This document shows positions 46,705 through 50,743 of a stretch of 50,743 nucleotides of DNA, piece by piece. Position 1 is the first letter of the stretch, and each line of letters starts with the position of its first letter. This DNA comes from an uncultured bacterium. Lineage in GTDB: Bacteria; CAZSTA01. The translations under genes and the position numbers were made by a program. The notes beneath the pieces were generated by a model. It was not told the DNA's origin. It saw nothing but the letters and a program-made list of their open reading frames with translations, and ran no database searches. The DNA lies in NCBI GenBank assembly GCA_964609495.1, contig CAZSTA010000003.1, forward strand, positions 1 through 50,743, given 5' to 3'.

Positions 46705-46892
46705 AATTATGTTCCCTCTTCCCTTGTGGGAGAGGGATAGGATGAGGGGGAGATTATATCCCAACTCACTTTTAGATCATCCCAATCACCCTCCCCTAAC
46801 CCCTCCCATCAAGGTAGGGGGAACTAAAGGGCTTTAGTTCAATCTCAGTGTTCCCTCTCCCCTCGTGGGAGAGGGATAGGGTGAGGGGGAAA
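46705..46892. repeat. REP-like element, copy C (three units)
   Basis: Two GTTCCCTCT(T/C)CCCT..TGGGAGAGGGATAGG(A/G)TGAGGGGG units around one AATCACCCTCCCCTAACCCCTCCCATCAAG unit. Confidence 0.8.
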
Positions 46893-46901
46893 TCGATCAA
46901 G

Positions 46902-47207
46902 AAGAGCGGATGCGTTAGGCACCCGCTCTTTATTATATATCTCAATCTGGCTCCAGTCTTATCTATCTAATCACCGCGAGAGTCTTGATCTCCTCTATAG
47001 TCTTCCCATCACCAGTGGCTCTTATCCGATAGATGTAAATTCCGTCTGCCACTTCCTCACCATCCTCATCTAATCCATCCCAAGCTACTTCATTATATCC
47101 CATCTCTCCGGCTATCTCATCTAATACTCTCACTAACTCTCCCGCAGTAGTGTAGATCTCTATCCTGACTTCTGCTTCCATACATAAGCTGAAGGTGAAG
47201 ACGGTCC
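46902..47207. repeat. Duplicated terminator plus C-terminal domain coding region (copy 1; copy 2 at 50438-50743)
   Basis: 306-bp direct repeat, about 21 mismatches by hand alignment; includes the GAGCGG.TGC..GCACCCGCTC hairpin. Confidence 0.9.
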
Positions 47208-50200
47208 GATTCGTCATCGGATTAGGAGCATTCATAACATTGTGTAATCCCAGGATCGCTTCTACGGTGAAGGTGGTGGTCATCTCGGTCTTGTTACTAA
47301 CCTTGTCCTTGACCTCTATCTTCACCGTGTATTCCCCGCTCTTCAGATTCCCCTTGAGGGTGTAGGAGATCTCACCTGTATTCTCATCATATCCGATCTT
47401 AGTCCAATCCACAACTATGTCGTTCATCCCCTCGGAGGAGATCGTTATCTTCAAGCTCTCCCTATCTATCCCACTCGTCTGATCGGTAACCTTAGCGGTT
47501 ATCTTCCATTCCGCTCGATCGCACTCGGTCTCTATGAATTTATCCTCCACCGCTAAGTCGCTCATCTGAGGAGGGGTGTTATCCACTATCACCGTTACCT
47601 TATCCGTAGCGGTTCTCCCCTCGGTATCCTTGGCGGTAATGCGGACGGTGTAAGTGCCATCGGGGAGAGAGGAGGTATCCCAATTCCCCAAGAGATCATC
47701 GGTTACTGCCTGAGTGGAAGTATTAATAAGCGTCCAGCTACTCGGATCTTCTCCTTCTCCATACTCTAGGATGTAGTTATCAAAGATCTCACTGAAGGCT
47801 GTGCCTATTACATCAACTTCTCCTTTGACGATCTGCATATCAGTAGGGGAGGAGATGTCCGCTATTGGAGGTGGAGCAGGAGGCTCAGGCAAGATGACAT
47901 GGATAAGTTGTGTCCCATCGGTCCAACCATAATCGGGAGCCTCGGCGGCCAGCATCGTCGCCGTTCCCAACTCAAAGCCTTTGAAGTGGAAAGTCACGCT
48001 GTTAGATCCCGCAGGAATGACTACCGAAGTGATGGGAACAAAGGGAGTGTGCGTCAGTGAGAACTGCCCGATCAAGTTGAGGGAGGTAAGGTTGATGGTG
48101 GTGTCCACCGCTACACTGACGGGATTGCCATTTATGTCCTGAAGTTGGATAGTTATCACATTACTGGGGAGACCCACATAGACCAGCCTTATCGGGGTGA
48201 TAAAGACTATCTCAGTTGGGAGGAAAACAACATCCGTCGTAACTGCGGTATCCATCGGACAGGGGGTTACCGCGGAGACGGTCGCGGTTCCTGCTATTGT
48301 GCTGGATAGAAGAGAGGTAGCACTTCCTCCAACAGTATAAGCAGTAGCAGGATCGATAGTTCCCAAGTTGGTAGAGAAATCGATAGGAGTCCAATCAGGA
48401 GCTTTATATATTCCTCCTGTCATCGTAGCGGTAATGGTAGAGGTGCCACCAGCGCCGACAGAGGTAGGATTGGCGGTGAGGGACATCTGTAGCCAGGGAT
48501 CATAATCTACGTTATCGCTGACCGCATCGCCAACTCCTCCCGGATTGGTTGTAGGATGATAAGGACCGCTGTTATCTCCCCACCAATTTCCTTCGGCATC
48601 AAGGAGAACACCGGTGGTGTTGTTGACGCCATAAGCGATATTACCACAGATAACGTTCTCATTAGCGGTGATATTAGTGGAAGTGGGATCGAGGTAAATA
48701 CCACCACTCACACCACTATACCCATTCTCAACGATGAAGTTCCCCTCAATTGGGATATTGTCTGAGGCTTCAAGGTAGATCCCATCCTCATAATTCTCTA
48801 TGGTGTAGTTGTTATAGATGGTGGTGTTATGTATATCAATTAGACGGATACCCCAGCCCCAGGCAGACATAAAAAGTATGTTGGCACCTGCGGCTTGCTT
48901 AGGAGCATACTTCTCCTTGATCCCCTTGATATCGAGTTCGAGTTCGGCTCTGCTCTTCTTGGTTCTACTGCGAGTTATATCTTCATGCGGGAGTTTCCTC
49001 TCTCTTCTAGGAGCTTTGTCCTCCTTGCTCTTTCTGGGCTTATCATCCTTCTTCTTGTCACCCTTAGAGATCGTCTTGCTCTTCTCGCTCATTTTGGAGC
49101 TATCATCTTTAGGGATGGATATCTCGCTCTTCCTCCCACCTCTGACCCTAGAAGCAGAGCGTCTCCTCTCGATCCTCTCCTCGATATCAGAGATACTGAG
49201 TCCCCTGGCAGAACTGCCTATGGTAAGATCCGATCCGCTCTTCAGATGAAGGCAACACATTTCATTATCAAAGCTCCAGTTCCCTGAGATGACGTTATAT
49301 TGCCCCGCCCAATCGGAGTAGATTCCCTCCCAATTCCAAGCAGCAGTAGTATTGCCAACGAACTGGTTCGAATCTGATGAGTCGGAGAAGCCAGTAAAAA
49401 GGATCCCAGCAAAATAATTGTCATAACACTCATTAGCAAAAATAAGGTTGTTATCAGAATCTTGCAGATAGATTCCACAACCATCTATAGCACCGACCCA
49501 TCCATTGTCGTGGATGTCATTACCCACTATAAAGCTATCCGTTATATAGACGAAGTAGATACCATCAAAGATCCCGTTCCCTTCGATCTCATTACCTTCT
49601 ATAAGGAGATCCGTTCCATTATAGGCATAGATACCCCACAAGTCGTTATCATAGATGTAGTTGTAAGAGACAGTGTTAGAAACTCCCGCATCCCAAAGAC
49701 CTATGCCGTCAAAATTACCATATATCTCGTTATAACCGATAAAGTTGTAATCCGAGGTATCCAAACCATCTTCTGTAAGCCAGATCCCAAACCAACCATT
49801 ATCATAGATGTAGTTTCCTCCGTTTATACCATCACCGATAATACTACCATTCACGCCACTCAACTCTATTCCATCATCGTTGTTGTCGTGAATATCGCAA
49901 TTATAGACCTCAATCGCCATATTCCCTGAGGAGGCACTGACATGGATACCATCGGTAGCCAAGCTTCTTCCATCGATCTCGATCTCATTGAAGACTACGG
50001 TATAGCTATTCCCATCAGTAGCGCTGAGATCGAAGCAGTTACCTCCAGTGCCTAAGCCATCTACAACTACTAGTGTCCCTGAGGTAGACGATTGGAAGGT
50101 CAGGGACTTATTCGTTACAGTTACATTCTCACTATAGGGATTACCAGCGGGATCGATTTCGATAATATCCCCACTGACAGTTGAAAGAGCATTGATCGCC

Positions 50201-50331
50201 GCTTGAATTGTTGCGTAATCGTAAGTAGGTGGGCCACCTGGCCCCACAGTCCACGTAGCGGCATCTGCTGAGGCTGCTAAAGTTAGCAGAAAAAGAATGA
50301 CCAGAACTACCCGAAAAGATGTACTTCTCAT
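46963..50331 (-). CDS. Large secreted protein: right-handed beta-helix (NosD/PbH1), Ig-like (Big) domains, C-terminal FlgD-Ig-like domain
   Basis: Signal peptide, TIQAAIN, repeated I..N..GI coils, NWWG..GP, WDTSSLPDGTY, NAPNP...IYTTAGELVR...WDG...GIYIYRI. Confidence 0.85.
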   Translation of the reverse strand: MRSTSFRVVLVILFLLTLAASADAATWTVGPGGPPTYDYATIQAAINALSTVSGDIIEIDPAGNPYSENVTVTNKSLTFQSSTSGTLVVVDGLGTGGNCFDLSATDGNSYTVVFNEIEIDGRSLATDGIHVSASSGNMAIEVYNCDIHDNNDDGIELSGVNGSIIGDGINGGNYIYDNGWFGIWLTEDGLDTSDYNFIGYNEIYGNFDGIGLWDAGVSNTVSYNYIYDNDLWGIYAYNGTDLLIEGNEIEGNGIFDGIYFVYITDSFIVGNDIHDNGWVGAIDGCGIYLQDSDNNLIFANECYDNYFAGILFTGFSDSSDSNQFVGNTTAAWNWEGIYSDWAGQYNVISGNWSFDNEMCCLHLKSGSDLTIGSSARGLSISDIEERIERRRSASRVRGGRKSEISIPKDDSSKMSEKSKTISKGDKKKDDKPRKSKEDKAPRRERKLPHEDITRSRTKKSRAELELDIKGIKEKYAPKQAAGANILFMSAWGWGIRLIDIHNTTIYNNYTIENYEDGIYLEASDNIPIEGNFIVENGYSGVSGGIYLDPTSTNITANENVICGNIAYGVNNTTGVLLDAEGNWWGDNSGPYHPTTNPGGVGDAVSDNVDYDPWLQMSLTANPTSVGAGGTSTITATMTGGIYKAPDWTPIDFSTNLGTIDPATAYTVGGSATSLLSSTIAGTATVSAVTPCPMDTAVTTDVVFLPTEIVFITPIRLVYVGLPSNVITIQLQDINGNPVSVAVDTTINLTSLNLIGQFSLTHTPFVPITSVVIPAGSNSVTFHFKGFELGTATMLAAEAPDYGWTDGTQLIHVILPEPPAPPPIADISSPTDMQIVKGEVDVIGTAFSEIFDNYILEYGEGEDPSSWTLINTSTQAVTDDLLGNWDTSSLPDGTYTVRITAKDTEGRTATDKVTVIVDNTPPQMSDLAVEDKFIETECDRAEWKITAKVTDQTSGIDRESLKITISSEGMNDIVVDWTKIGYDENTGEISYTLKGNLKSGEYTVKIEVKDKVSNKTEMTTTFTVEAILGLHNVMNAPNPMTNRTVFTFSLCMEAEVRIEIYTTAGELVRVLDEIAGEMGYNEVAWDGLDEDGEEVADGIYIYRIRATGDGKTIEEIKTLAVIR

Positions 50332-50498
50332 TTGATTTCCTCCTTGTTATATTTATCGAATGAAAAAAGCCTTTTCGATAATTGTAGCAAAAAATGATAA
50401 ATTTTCCAAGAGATTTCATTAGGCTAATAACTGTAAAAAGAGCGGATGCGTTAGGCACCCGCTCTGTATTCTATATCCCAATCTGGCTCCAGTCTTAG

Positions 50499-50743
50499 TT
50501 ACCTAATCACCGCGAGAGTCCTGATCTCCTCTATAGTCTTACCATCACCAGTGGCTCTTATCCGATAGATATAGACCCCATCTGCCACTTCCTCACCATT
50601 CTCATCTAATCCATCCCAGACTACCTCATTGTATCCCATCTCTCCAGCTATCTCATCTAATACTCTCACTAACTCTCCCGCAGTGGTGTAGATCTCGATC
50701 CTGACTTCTGCTTCCATACATAAGCTGAAGGTGAAGACGGTCC
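50499..50743 (-). CDS. C-terminal FlgD-Ig-like domain of an upstream secreted paralogue (5' part outside the window)
   Basis: Near-identical to the last ~80 aa of the 46963-50331 protein; frame is open to the window edge. Confidence 0.85.
   Translation of the reverse strand, partial: TVFTFSLCMEAEVRIEIYTTAGELVRVLDEIAGEMGYNEVVWDGLDENGEEVADGVYIYRIRATGDGKTIEEIRTLAVIR

Noticed and set aside
35941-46892. REP-like clusters as CRISPR arrays
   Set aside because: Units are inverted, irregularly spaced, only 2-3 per cluster, and no cas genes are present
46911-46921. GTTAGGC as an attC right box
   Set aside because: It is the loop region of a short terminator hairpin with no matching left box
46902-50743. 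Repeat pair as DGR template and variable regions
   Set aside because: Mismatches are not adenine-specific, many are synonymous, and no reverse transcriptase is in the window

Overview
A 50.7-kb bacterial window, probably from an anaerobic uncultured lineage. It has Firmicutes-style fab gene order and strong sigma70 promoters, but also an RseB/MucB-like protein and FlgD-Ig-tailed secreted proteins. It is likely a metagenome scaffold, with a 10-N gap at 1547-1556. The housekeeping core is yceD-(LbH)-rpmF-plsX-fabH ... fabK-fabD-fabG-acpP-fabF-rnc plus tRNA-Ser(TGA). A 4-kb island (radical SAM, HEPN-MNT, two DNA methyltransferases with no nuclease) splits the fab operon. Features the ORF track misses: an IscB gene with its omegaRNA at the left edge, rpmF, an integron attC-like site with cassette-like genes, a CCCTCTCCC/GGGAGAGGG REP-like family with a 53-bp TA-flanked mini-MITE inside one copy, and an IS200/IS605 end beside an ABC-permease remnant. 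The best candidate for an undescribed system is an apparent operon encoding a pentapeptide-repeat K+-channel-like protein, an FHA-domain/bacterial tyrosine kinase fusion with no polysaccharide co-polymerase, and a WlbA-like dehydrogenase. All calls come from reading motifs by eye; no database searches were run.
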